DNA from: Puniceicoccaceae bacterium Marseille-Q1082
Lineage (GTDB): Bacteria > Verrucomicrobiota > Verrucomicrobiia > Opitutales > Intestinicryptomonadaceae
Assembly (NCBI GenBank): GCA_904424815.1
Contig: CAJGBI010000002.1
Coordinates: forward strand, 610,206 to 642,205
Length of the DNA stretch: 32,000 bases
Direction: 5' to 3'
Part shown: piece after piece, positions 8,340 through 16,451 of the stretch
How the letters are laid out: every line of letters begins with the position of its first letter
Numbering within the stretch: position 1 is the first letter of the stretch
Program-made: the position numbers and the translations under genes
The notes under the pieces: model-generated
Seen by the model: only the letters and a program-made list of their open reading frames with translations
Database searches by the model: none
Told to the model about the DNA's origin: nothing

Positions 8340-9688
8340 AGAGATTCCGCGTATTGAAATGGGCTCTCAAATCCATAGCCCGCAACCCCACCCGCACGTT
8401 TCTGACGACCCTCGGGATAATCATAGGCATAGCGGCGGTAATCGCGGTCATAGAAATCGGCGCCGGCGCGCAGGTGTCGCTTGAGAACAACTTTTCCGAA
8501 ATGGGCGTCAACACAATCCGCGTGTGGCCCGGCCCCGTCACCAGAAGCGGCATAAACAGCGGCTCCGGATCTTGGGCGACGCTGACCGTGGCGGACACCC
8601 GCGCCATCATAAAGGAGTGCCCGAAAGTGACGGCGATCTCCCCGCAGATTTCGGTCAGGGGGCAGATCATCTACGGCAATAAGAATTGGCGGCCGTTCAG
8701 CATAAGCGGCGGCAACGAGGACTTTTTGGAAATATCGAGCTGGAAAGTGGAGGACGGCATTCCGATTTCCGCCGCCCACGTGGCGAGGGCGGCAAAAGTG
8801 TGCCTCGTCGGGCAGACGATAGTGCGCGAGCTCTACGACGGCGCCAATCCGGTGGGGAAGGACTTGCGCATACAAAACGTCGTCTTCAAAGTAATCGGCG
8901 TCTTGAAGTCGAGGGGCGCCAACATGATGGGCATGGACATGGACGACTGCGTGATACTGCCGTGGACGACCATGAAGGCGCGGCTGAAAGGCGCGGGGCA
9001 GACGTCGCTGAGCGCGGTCGGAACCACCACGGACACGTCCACCACCACGACCACTTCCGCCTCCGACGTTTACACGAGCGGCGTGAGCCTCTATCCGCAG
9101 GCGTACAATACCATTCCTCCCGTGAGGTTTTCCAACATAGACAGCATGATAATGTCCGTCGCCCACCCCGACGACATCGCCGAGACCATGGAGAAAGTCC
9201 GCGAAGTTCTGCGCGAAACCCACAAGCTCGGCGACGCGGACGACGACTTCCGCATACGCTCCTTCGCGGAGTTTGCGGACATGCTCAAAAAGCAGACCGA
9301 GAGCGTGGCGAACCTGCTCATGTGCGTGGCGTTCATATCGCTTCTCGTCGGGGGGATAGGCATAATGAACATAATGCTCGTATCCGTCACGGAGCGCACG
9401 CGCGAGATAGGCCTGCGCATGGCGGTCGGCGCGCGCGCGCGCGACATTTTGCAGCAGTTTCTGGTCGAGTCGATAGTCATTTGCATACTCGGCGGGATAA
9501 TAGGGATTGCGGCCGGCCACGGGCTCTCGGTTTTCATGGCCGCAAAAATGGGCTGGCACACGGCGATATCGTACTTTGCGATATGCCTTTCCGTGGGGGT
9601 TTCGGCGCTCGTGGGCGTCGTGTTCGGATATTATCCCGCGTGGAAGGCGGCGCGCCTCGACCCGATAGAGGCTCTCAGATATGAATGA
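8336..9688 (+). CDS. ABC transporter permease, MacB-type (periplasmic core domain plus FtsX-like C-terminal TM module)
   Basis: 450 aa with an N-terminal TM, a large periplasmic domain and an FtsX-type region (GIGIMNIMLVSVTERTREIGLRMAVGARARDIL...YPAWKAARLDPIEALRYE). ATGA overlap with the ATPase gene. Confidence 0.9.
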   Translation: MKRFRVLKWALKSIARNPTRTFLTTLGIIIGIAAVIAVIEIGAGAQVSLENNFSEMGVNTIRVWPGPVTRSGINSGSGSWATLTVADTRAIIKECPKVTAISPQISVRGQIIYGNKNWRPFSISGGNEDFLEISSWKVEDGIPISAAHVARAAKVCLVGQTIVRELYDGANPVGKDLRIQNVVFKVIGVLKSRGANMMGMDMDDCVILPWTTMKARLKGAGQTSLSAVGTTTDTSTTTTTSASDVYTSGVSLYPQAYNTIPPVRFSNIDSMIMSVAHPDDIAETMEKVREVLRETHKLGDADDDFRIRSFAEFADMLKKQTESVANLLMCVAFISLLVGGIGIMNIMLVSVTERTREIGLRMAVGARARDILQQFLVESIVICILGGIIGIAAGHGLSVFMAAKMGWHTAISYFAICLSVGVSALVGVVFGYYPAWKAARLDPIEALRYE

Positions 9689-11186
9689 TTTTATGCGCAA
9701 TATGAAGGGGAATATGGTTTTAGCGGCAGCGGCTGCTGCGCTGTGCGGGTGCATGGTGGGCCCCGATTTCGAGCCTCCGAAGGCCGACATGCCGAATGAG
9801 TGGAGCGCGGGGCGTGACGGGACGGAGATTTCCGATTCCGCCGAACCGCTCGAAATGTCTCCGGAGGCGCTCGCCAAATGGTGGGAGATCTTTGACGACC
9901 CTACGCTCACGTCGCTCATATCGCGCGCGTTCGAGGGGAATCTTTCAATACGCGCCGCCACTGAAAGAATCGCGCAGGCGCGCGCGACTCTCGGGATTTC
10001 TCAGAGCGGATTTTTCCCCGCGGCGAATCTGAACGCCGGCATGTCCGAAGGGGGGCATCCCATAGACGTCACGCACACGTCGTACAGAATGGGGGCGACG
10101 GCGTCGTGGGAGATTGACGTGTTCGGGGGCGTCCGCCGCGGAATAGAGGCTTCGGCGGCGGAGTACAAGGCGGCTATGGCAAACAAGGCCGCCGCGCGCA
10201 TTTCGGTCGCCGCGGAAGTCGCGCAAAACTATTTCACGTACAGGTGCATCCAGCAGGAAATTCTGATAACCAAAAGCAACCTCGAAACCCAGAGGGGGAC
10301 ATACAGGGCGACTCTCGCGCGCCAGAAATCGGGGTTCGTCTCAAAGCTCGACGCCGTTCGGGCGGCGGCGCAGGTAGAGAGCACCTCCGCGCAGCTACCC
10401 GCGCTCGAAAGCCAGCTGGAGCTCACGCGGCACGCGATAGAGTACCTTTGCGGCCTCAACACGGGCGCGCTCAAAAAGGAGCTCGAGCCGGCGGGGACCA
10501 TTCCCGCGCTTGAAAAATTTATCCCTTCCTCGGTGCCCGCCAAGCTTCTCGAACGCCGCCCCGACATAATTTCCGCCGAGTACATGCTGCACTCGGCAAC
10601 CGCCAGAATCGGCAACGCCCGCGCCGACTACTACCCGAAGTTCACCATCACCGGCAACATTTCCTACGAGGCGCCGAAAATCGGCAGCATCGTGCAAAAC
10701 CAGTACGGCACATGGTCGGTCGGCCCGAGCGCCACATGGAATATTTTCCAGGCGGGAAGAACCGTCTACAACGTGAAGTTGCAGGAGGCGCTGACCCGCG
10801 AGGCGGGAGTGGACTGGGAGGACGCCGTCCTCACCGCGGTCAAGGAGGTCGAGGACGCCCTCGTCTCGGCCAAAAAGGAGCGGGAGAGGATAGAGTATCT
10901 CAACCGCATAGTGGACAACTACCGCAAGGCTTTCGAGCTCTCGCGCGAGCTTTACACGCAGGGCGAGATAGAGTTCATAGACCTGCTCGACGCCCAGCGC
11001 TCAATGCTTTCCTCCGAGCAAAACCGCGTGCAGAGCCGCAGGGATTTCGTAAACTATATAGTGGCGCTCTACAAGTCTCTCGGCGGCGGCTGGACGGAGG
11101 AGGACGTAAAGGACGAGCCGGAAAAGCTGGAATGGATTTTCTTCGATTCCCTCGGCGACAATCCGCCGCAAGAGGGCGGCGCGTGA
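9681..11186 (+). CDS. Efflux outer-membrane factor lipoprotein (NodT/OprM family)
   Basis: The signal peptide ends in a lipobox (AAAALCGC). It has the two-repeat TolC-like organisation, including PDIISAEYMLHSATARIGNARADYYPKF and ALYKSLGGGW near the C-terminus. The start could also be 9693, 9702 or 9714. It overlaps the permease stop. Confidence 0.88.
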   Translation: MNDFMRNMKGNMVLAAAAAALCGCMVGPDFEPPKADMPNEWSAGRDGTEISDSAEPLEMSPEALAKWWEIFDDPTLTSLISRAFEGNLSIRAATERIAQARATLGISQSGFFPAANLNAGMSEGGHPIDVTHTSYRMGATASWEIDVFGGVRRGIEASAAEYKAAMANKAAARISVAAEVAQNYFTYRCIQQEILITKSNLETQRGTYRATLARQKSGFVSKLDAVRAAAQVESTSAQLPALESQLELTRHAIEYLCGLNTGALKKELEPAGTIPALEKFIPSSVPAKLLERRPDIISAEYMLHSATARIGNARADYYPKFTITGNISYEAPKIGSIVQNQYGTWSVGPSATWNIFQAGRTVYNVKLQEALTREAGVDWEDAVLTAVKEVEDALVSAKKERERIEYLNRIVDNYRKAFELSRELYTQGEIEFIDLLDAQRSMLSSEQNRVQSRRDFVNYIVALYKSLGGGWTEEDVKDEPEKLEWIFFDSLGDNPPQEGGA

Positions 11187-11268
11187 CGGGCGCGCCGGCC
11201 GGCAACCCGCGGGAATGGGGGAAAATTGTTAGCCGGCAAAGCGTCAGGCGCGCTCCGGCAGCGGCGCT

Positions 11269-11409
11269 TTATGGGACGAGCGATCTGTAAAGCTCGCAGT
11301 ATTTGCCGAACGCGGCTTTGGCGTCGAAATTTTCTACGGCTGTTTGCCGGCAGATTTTTGAGATTTCGGATTTGTCCAAGGCGGCGAATTTTTTGATTTC
11401 CAATACCAT
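11269..11409 (-). pseudogene. Possible remnant: C-terminal ~46 aa of a group-1 (GT4-like) glycosyltransferase
   Basis: GDVNTMVLEIKKFAALDKSEISKICRQTAVENFDAKAAFGKYCELYRSL resembles the usual GT4 C-terminal tail (..v.e.F.w......y.elY). The upstream part of the 94-aa ORF has no GT-like sequence and no catalytic domain is present. Confidence 0.3.
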
Positions 11410-11600
11410 TGTGTTTACGTCTCCGCGCGCGCAAGTTGCGGTATAATTTTGCGGATTTCTTCCGCAATGGGGGCGGCTGATTTGAATTTCCAGCCGCGGT
11501 TTTTCGGATAATCCGCGCAAATGCGGCGCGTCGGTTTCGGGGGACTCGTTCAAATCCGGTTAAATTTTCTTGTCGCGCCCGACGATTATTTCAAAATATT

Positions 11601-11617
11601 CGCATATATAATATGCG
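11601..11617. promoter_or_regulatory. Dyad CGCATAT-ata-ATATGCG containing a perfect TATAAT (11607-11612) upstream of gmhA
   Basis: 7-bp inverted arms read directly from the sequence. TATAAT ends 87 nt before the gmhA ATG. No convincing -35 hexamer was found. Confidence 0.25.
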
Positions 11618-11698
11618 CGCGCTTTCCCCACGCGATTTTTCCGCCGCAGCGCGGCAAGATGCGCGGAAATGCGCGCGGTTGCAATTCTTTGACCGCAT

Positions 11699-12268
11699 AT
11701 GGACTATTGCAAAAACGCGGAGGAGCTCCGCAACGTTTTGGAGGCTTCAAAGGCCCTTTCGCCCGCCGCGGACGCCGTCGGGCGCGAAATCGTCTCCGTT
11801 CTGCGGGGCGGGGGCAAAATTCTAACGTGCGGCAACGGCGGCAGCGCAGCCGACGCCCTCCACATGTCCGAGGAGTTCGTCGGCAGGTTTTCGCGCGAGC
11901 GCCGCAGCCTGCCCGCCGTCTGCCTCTGCGCGGACCCCACGCTGCTTACGTGCATACTGAACGACTACGGCGCGGACAAGGTTTTCTCGCGGCAGGTGGA
12001 GTCGCTCGGGAGGGAGGGGGATTTGTTATTCGGGTTTACGACGAGCGGAAATTCCCTGAACATTGTCGAGGCGTTTGCGGCGGCGAAGAAAAGGGGCGTC
12101 AAGACGGTTCTCGTGTCGGGGAAGGGCGGCGGAAGGCTCAGGGGAGCCGCGGATTTCGAGCTGATAGTCCCATCAAGCTCCACGGCGAGGATACAGGAAG
12201 TCCACACGCTCTTTTTGCACTCATGGCTCGAAGCCGTGGACGAAGCTTTTGCCGGTTCAGGAGAATGA
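11699..12268 (+). CDS. gmhA: D-sedoheptulose 7-phosphate isomerase
   Basis: SIS-domain protein of 189 aa with KILTCGNGGSAADALHMSEEF, FGFTTSGNSLNIV and IQEVH motifs typical of GmhA. Confidence 0.92.
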   Translation: MDYCKNAEELRNVLEASKALSPAADAVGREIVSVLRGGGKILTCGNGGSAADALHMSEEFVGRFSRERRSLPAVCLCADPTLLTCILNDYGADKVFSRQVESLGREGDLLFGFTTSGNSLNIVEAFAAAKKRGVKTVLVSGKGGGRLRGAADFELIVPSSSTARIQEVHTLFLHSWLEAVDEAFAGSGE

Positions 12269-13260
12269 AAAACTATCTGATTGCCGAAACGTACGGGCTC
12301 GGCGACAAGCTGTATACCGATTCGCTCGTAAAAGAGCTGCTTTCGCGCTCCGACACGGGGAAAGTCGCAATGCTCGTCTCGAAGGCGGGCGGTAGCCTTC
12401 GGTTGCCGTTTTACGGCGGGAGGGTGGAGCTCCTGCCGATGGAGTTTGCCTGGAACAGGCGCAGGGCGCAGAGGAATCCCCTGCGGCTGTTGCGCTCGAT
12501 TCTCGCGCCCCGTGCGGCGTTCGGCACGAGGTTTTCCGGCTATGTCGGGCTGTGCCCGCGCGGCGACTTGTGGCAGCGCCTGATACTCCGGCTGCTCGAC
12601 GCCGCCCCGATAATTTCCTACGGGTATTCCCGCGGCGAGGGTTTTTTGGAAAGAATCCTCGGCCGCTCGCGCGAGCCCGTCATGGAGGCGCGGATTTCGT
12701 TCGCAAGGCAAATCGCGCCCGACCTCCTGCCAAAGCCCGGATTTTTGCGCGATCCCTCCGCCCCCGCGAGGCGCGGGGAGGTGTTTCTCGCGCCCGAGGC
12801 GTCCGACCCAAAGCGCGAGCTCGAAGAGTCAAAGTGGATTCAGATTTCCCGCGAACTGCGCAAAAACGGCTGGAAGACCGTGCTCGTAGTCCACGCGAAT
12901 ACGGCGGTTTCAAGGGAAAATTTCGGGGAGTTTTCGGAGGTTGCCGACCTTCCGGTTCCGGATTTGATAAGGCGCGCGCAGGGCGTCGGGTTTGCGGTGG
13001 CGGTGGACTCGTTCATGGGGCATCTGCTCGCCGCGTGCGGGGCGGGGGTAGTCTCGATATTCGGGCCGCAGCGCCCCGACGTGTGGGCTCCGGCGGCGGA
13101 GCGCAGGCGGGTGGTGTATAAAAATTTCCCGTGTTCGCCGTGCGGCAAAGAGCTTTCGGAGTGCCCGCTTTGCCGGAGCGGCAAAAATTGCATACAGTCC
13201 GTTTCGGCGGAGGATGTGGTTGCGGCGTTTTACGATTTGGCGGGCGGCGAGCGCCCCTAA
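12265..13260 (+). CDS. Glycosyltransferase family 9 (heptosyltransferase-like)
   Basis: ATG at 12265 (ATGA overlap with gmhA). N-terminal GLGDKLY; C-terminal VDSFMGHLLAACGAGVVSIFGPQRP...FPCSPCG..C, matching the GT9 pattern D(S/T)G..HLA...G.P.v.lFGP...C.PC. The track ORF start at 11521 is spurious. Confidence 0.85.
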   Translation: MKNYLIAETYGLGDKLYTDSLVKELLSRSDTGKVAMLVSKAGGSLRLPFYGGRVELLPMEFAWNRRRAQRNPLRLLRSILAPRAAFGTRFSGYVGLCPRGDLWQRLILRLLDAAPIISYGYSRGEGFLERILGRSREPVMEARISFARQIAPDLLPKPGFLRDPSAPARRGEVFLAPEASDPKRELEESKWIQISRELRKNGWKTVLVVHANTAVSRENFGEFSEVADLPVPDLIRRAQGVGFAVAVDSFMGHLLAACGAGVVSIFGPQRPDVWAPAAERRRVVYKNFPCSPCGKELSECPLCRSGKNCIQSVSAEDVVAAFYDLAGGERP

Positions 13261-13766
13261 AAGTCGAACGCGCCGAGCGCCTCCATTTCTTTGGGCGACT
13301 TCACTACGGCGTACGCCGCCGTTTTGCCCGCGCTTTCGGAGAGCAGATAGTTGCGGACTACCCCCGCGCGCGAGGCGGCTTCGATGTCGCGCTCCCTGTC
13401 GCCGAGCGACACCGAGCGCGCCATGTCAATGCGGTGCCTGTCGCGCGCTTTCAGGAACATTCCCGGGTTCGGCTTTCTGTCGGGGCCGTCCAGAAGCGGG
13501 CAGTGGAACACGTCCGCAATGCGCACCCCGCGTTTTTCAAACTCCCCGAGCATGTGCGCCGTGAGCTTGGCGAAGTCTTCCTCCGAGTAGTACCCGCGCG
13601 CTATTCCCGACTGGTTTGTCGCGACGATTATTATGAATCCCCGCGACTGCGCCGCGCGGCATGCGTCGAAAATCCCGTCGACGAACTCGAAGTCCGAGAT
13701 TTTGTGGACATAGGCTTTGTCGGCGTTTATCACGCCGTCCCTGTCGAGAAAAAACGCGCGCGTCAT
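13257..13766 (-). CDS. gmhB: D-glycero-D-manno-heptose 1,7-bisphosphate phosphatase (HAD-IIIA)
   Basis: ATG at 13766. Motifs FLDRDGVIN, VATNQSGIARGYY, RKPNPGMF and GDRERD. ATGA overlap with the hldE stop. Confidence 0.88.
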   Translation of the reverse strand: MTRAFFLDRDGVINADKAYVHKISDFEFVDGIFDACRAAQSRGFIIIVATNQSGIARGYYSEEDFAKLTAHMLGEFEKRGVRIADVFHCPLLDGPDRKPNPGMFLKARDRHRIDMARSVSLGDRERDIEAASRAGVVRNYLLSESAGKTAAYAVVKSPKEMEALGAFDF

Positions 13767-15238
13767 TTTTTTTCGCGCCCCATCTTGGCGATTATTTCCG
13801 ACGTCGAAAAATTTTCCAGCCTCTTTATCCGCACCGCCTTTCCGCCCGCGGAAATGACGAACTGCGCCTCGGGCCACTTGTCCAGCTCGTAGCCCTCTTT
13901 GGCGATCACGTCGGGGCGCAGGGTTTTGACGAGCTCGAGGGCTGTGTCGCCGCCGAACACGCACACGGCGTCGACGCACGAGAGCGCCGCAAGAACCGAC
14001 GCCCTCGTCAACTCGTCCTGCACGGGGCGGCCGGCGCCCTTGAGCCTGCGCACGGAGTCGTCCGAATTTACGCCCACGACGAGGAAGTCGCACTCGCGCC
14101 TGGCCTGTTCGAGCGAATAGAGGTGCCCCCTGTGCAGCAAATCGAAGCATCCGTTGGTAAAGCCCACGCGCAGCCCGTCCGCCCGCAGCCTTTCGGCAAT
14201 CCTCCCGAGCTCTTCGGCGGTTGCGATCTTTTCGGACGCCGGGCGGGCGGTTCGGGACAGCTCCGCCTCCATTTCCCTCATGGAAACCGTCGCGGTGCCG
14301 AGCTTTGTCACGGCGATTCCCGCGGCGATGTTGGCGGCCTCCATAGCCTCCTCCACCGTCGAACCCGCCGCGAGGCAGAGCGCCATCGCCGAAATCGACG
14401 TGTCCCCCGCTCCGGAGACGTCGTAGACCTTTCTGCGCTTGGTGCGCGCGCATACGGCGCCCCGCGCGTCGGGCGCTTTTGCGTAGAACATTCCGTGCTC
14501 CCCGAGGGTGACGACAAGCCCCCCGATGCGCGCTTTTGAAAATATTTTTTTCGCCCCTTCCGCAATCCGTTCGGCAAATCCTTCCGAGTCGGGATCGACT
14601 TTCGCGCCGGAGACGGCTTCGAACTCTTTGAGGTTTGGCTTTACGATGTCGGCGCCGCGGTATTTAGAGAAGTCGTCCCCCTTGGGGTCTACGACGACTT
14701 TTATGCCCCTCTCCGCCGCCTTTTCGACGACGAACGCGGCAAGCTCACCGGAGACGAAGCCCTTGCCGTAGTCGGAGAGCACCGCGATGTCGGCGTCCGC
14801 GATTTCCTCCGAGACCGCGCGCTTGGCCTCGGCGAGCTCTTCGGGCGACGGCGGGGCGATTTCCTCGTCGTCTATCCTCAAAATGTGGGTGTTTGCCGAG
14901 ACTATGCGCGTTTTTGCCGTCGTCGGAACGCCGTCTCTGGCGGCGAGGCGCGCGGAGATTCCGCCGGATTTCATGAGGCATGTGATTTTCTCCCCGTCGG
15001 CGTCGCGTCCGACCCGCGCGACCGCCGAAACCTTCGCCCCCAGAGCGGCGATGTTGGCTGCTACATTCCCCACGCCGCCGAGCATGGAGACTTCGCGCGT
15101 CTTTTTGAAAACGGGCACGGGGGCTTCGGGGGATATTCTCTCGACTTTGCCGTATATAAAAGTGTCGAGCATGGCGTCGCCGACGCACAATACTTTCAGC
15201 GACGGAAATTTTTCCAATAATGCGGTCAGGTTCTGCAT
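13763..15238 (-). CDS. hldE: Bifunctional D-beta-D-heptose 7-phosphate kinase / D-beta-D-heptose 1-phosphate adenylyltransferase
   Basis: 491 aa. The N-terminal ribokinase-like domain has VLCVGDAMLD...PEAPVPV...VSGAGDT. The C-terminal cytidylyltransferase-like domain has FTNGCFDLLHRGH...VGVNSDDSVRRLKG. Confidence 0.93.
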   Translation of the reverse strand: MQNLTALLEKFPSLKVLCVGDAMLDTFIYGKVERISPEAPVPVFKKTREVSMLGGVGNVAANIAALGAKVSAVARVGRDADGEKITCLMKSGGISARLAARDGVPTTAKTRIVSANTHILRIDDEEIAPPSPEELAEAKRAVSEEIADADIAVLSDYGKGFVSGELAAFVVEKAAERGIKVVVDPKGDDFSKYRGADIVKPNLKEFEAVSGAKVDPDSEGFAERIAEGAKKIFSKARIGGLVVTLGEHGMFYAKAPDARGAVCARTKRRKVYDVSGAGDTSISAMALCLAAGSTVEEAMEAANIAAGIAVTKLGTATVSMREMEAELSRTARPASEKIATAEELGRIAERLRADGLRVGFTNGCFDLLHRGHLYSLEQARRECDFLVVGVNSDDSVRRLKGAGRPVQDELTRASVLAALSCVDAVCVFGGDTALELVKTLRPDVIAKEGYELDKWPEAQFVISAGGKAVRIKRLENFSTSEIIAKMGREKK

Positions 15239-15343
15239 CGGTTCCGTAGTTTATGGCAATGAAATAAATGTCTATCGCAGTTTTAGTTAAATCAAATAAC
15301 GTTGACAAACCGAAAGGTCGAAGTCAAATGTCATATTCGATAT
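15239..15343. promoter_or_regulatory. AT-rich divergent promoter region between hldE (-) and the GT4 gene (+)
   Basis: A 105-bp AT-rich spacer in a GC-rich context. The plus strand has TTGACA (15302-15307), a 16-nt spacer, then TCAAAT (15324-15329). Confidence 0.25.
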
Positions 15344-16369
15344 ATGAGAAAAATTTGCGCGCAAATATTTGTCACGAACGTTCCCTCATTTTACAAGTTA
15401 AATCTGTACAACGAAATAAACAAAAAGCAGCGCGTATTGGCCGTTTTTACGGACGACGGCGACCCCACCCGAAACGCCGACTTCTACAAGGGGTCGGCGG
15501 AGTTTGAAAGCGTCAGTCTGGGCGGGAGGCCTTTTTTGTCGAAAGCCGCGGCGCTGCTTAAAATAATATTTTTTTGCGAATATAAAATGCTCGTCCTGGG
15601 GGGGTGGAACAGCGCGTTGCAATGGATTTGCGCGTTCGCCTCTCCGCGCCAGAAAAACGCCCTCGCGCTGGAATCGAGCATATTTGAATCCACCGTAAAG
15701 GGGTGGAGGGGATTTTTGAAGAGGATTTTTTTGAGCCGCGTATACAAGGTTTTCGCCTCCGGAAAAATGCACAAAAAACTGCTCGACGCTCTGGAATACC
15801 GCGGGGAGGTCGCAATAACAAAAGGCGTGGGAATATACAACATAGTCGACACGCCCCCCTTTGCGCCGAAATCCGAAATACGCAACTTCATATACGTTGG
15901 CAGGTTCATACCGTGCAAGAACCTCGAGAACCTCGTGGAGGCGTTCAAAAAATTCCCCGACTGCACGCTCACAATGGTCGGATACGGGGAGCTCGAAGCC
16001 AAACTGCGCGCGGCGGCGCCGAAAAACGTAAAATTCGTCGGCGCGGTCGAAAACGCGCGGCTGCCGGATTATTACAGGCAAAACGACGTGTTCATTCTGC
16101 CGTCTTTCAGCGAGACCTGGGGGGTCGTGGTGGAGGAGGCGCTGAACAACGGGCTGCCCGTGATAATAAGCGAAAACGTGGGGTGCAACGGCGAGGCGGT
16201 CGAGGACGGCGTGAACGGCGCGGTTTTCAAGTTTTCAGACAAAGACCCTATTGCGCGGGCTATACGGCGGATTAGGGAGCCTGCATTCTACAATAAAATC
16301 TCGCAGAATATAAGAAAAACGGATTTCAGGGAAATTGCGGGGCGCCAAATTGATTGCTACTTGGCGTAA
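15344..16369 (+). CDS. Glycosyltransferase family 4 (group 1)
   Basis: ATG at 15344. C-terminal GT-B motif FILPSFSETWGVVVEEALNNGLPVIISENVGCNGEAVEDGVNG (the E-x7-E region). Confidence 0.85.
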   Translation: MRKICAQIFVTNVPSFYKLNLYNEINKKQRVLAVFTDDGDPTRNADFYKGSAEFESVSLGGRPFLSKAAALLKIIFFCEYKMLVLGGWNSALQWICAFASPRQKNALALESSIFESTVKGWRGFLKRIFLSRVYKVFASGKMHKKLLDALEYRGEVAITKGVGIYNIVDTPPFAPKSEIRNFIYVGRFIPCKNLENLVEAFKKFPDCTLTMVGYGELEAKLRAAAPKNVKFVGAVENARLPDYYRQNDVFILPSFSETWGVVVEEALNNGLPVIISENVGCNGEAVEDGVNGAVFKFSDKDPIARAIRRIREPAFYNKISQNIRKTDFREIAGRQIDCYLA

Positions 16370-16451
16370 TTGTATAACTATGCATTGTAGCGAGTTATCT
16401 GCAAGGGCTTTTCTGCTTGCAATAAAATTTAAAAAATAAATTATTTCCGGA

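Noticed and set aside
7976-9961. 661-aa minus-strand ORF
   Set aside because: It is antisense to the ABC ATPase and permease genes, which have unambiguous motifs. Its composition is low-complexity Arg/Ala/Gly, and there is no start context.
11545-11562. GTTCAAATCC word resembling a tRNA T-loop
   Set aside because: The flanking 5-nt arms (ACTCG / CCGGT) are not complementary, and no acceptor or anticodon arms can be drawn. It is not a tRNA.
11521-12264. N-terminal 248 aa of the 579-aa ORF 11521-13260
   Set aside because: It is Arg/Gly-rich with no motifs, and it overlaps the well-supported gmhA in another frame. The GT9 gene clearly starts at ATG 12265.
13767-14453. 5' extension of the gmhB frame (398-aa ORF)
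   Set aside because: It lies entirely inside hldE in a different frame and is an Arg-rich high-GC artefact. The HAD motif I (DRDGVIN) begins right after M at 13766.
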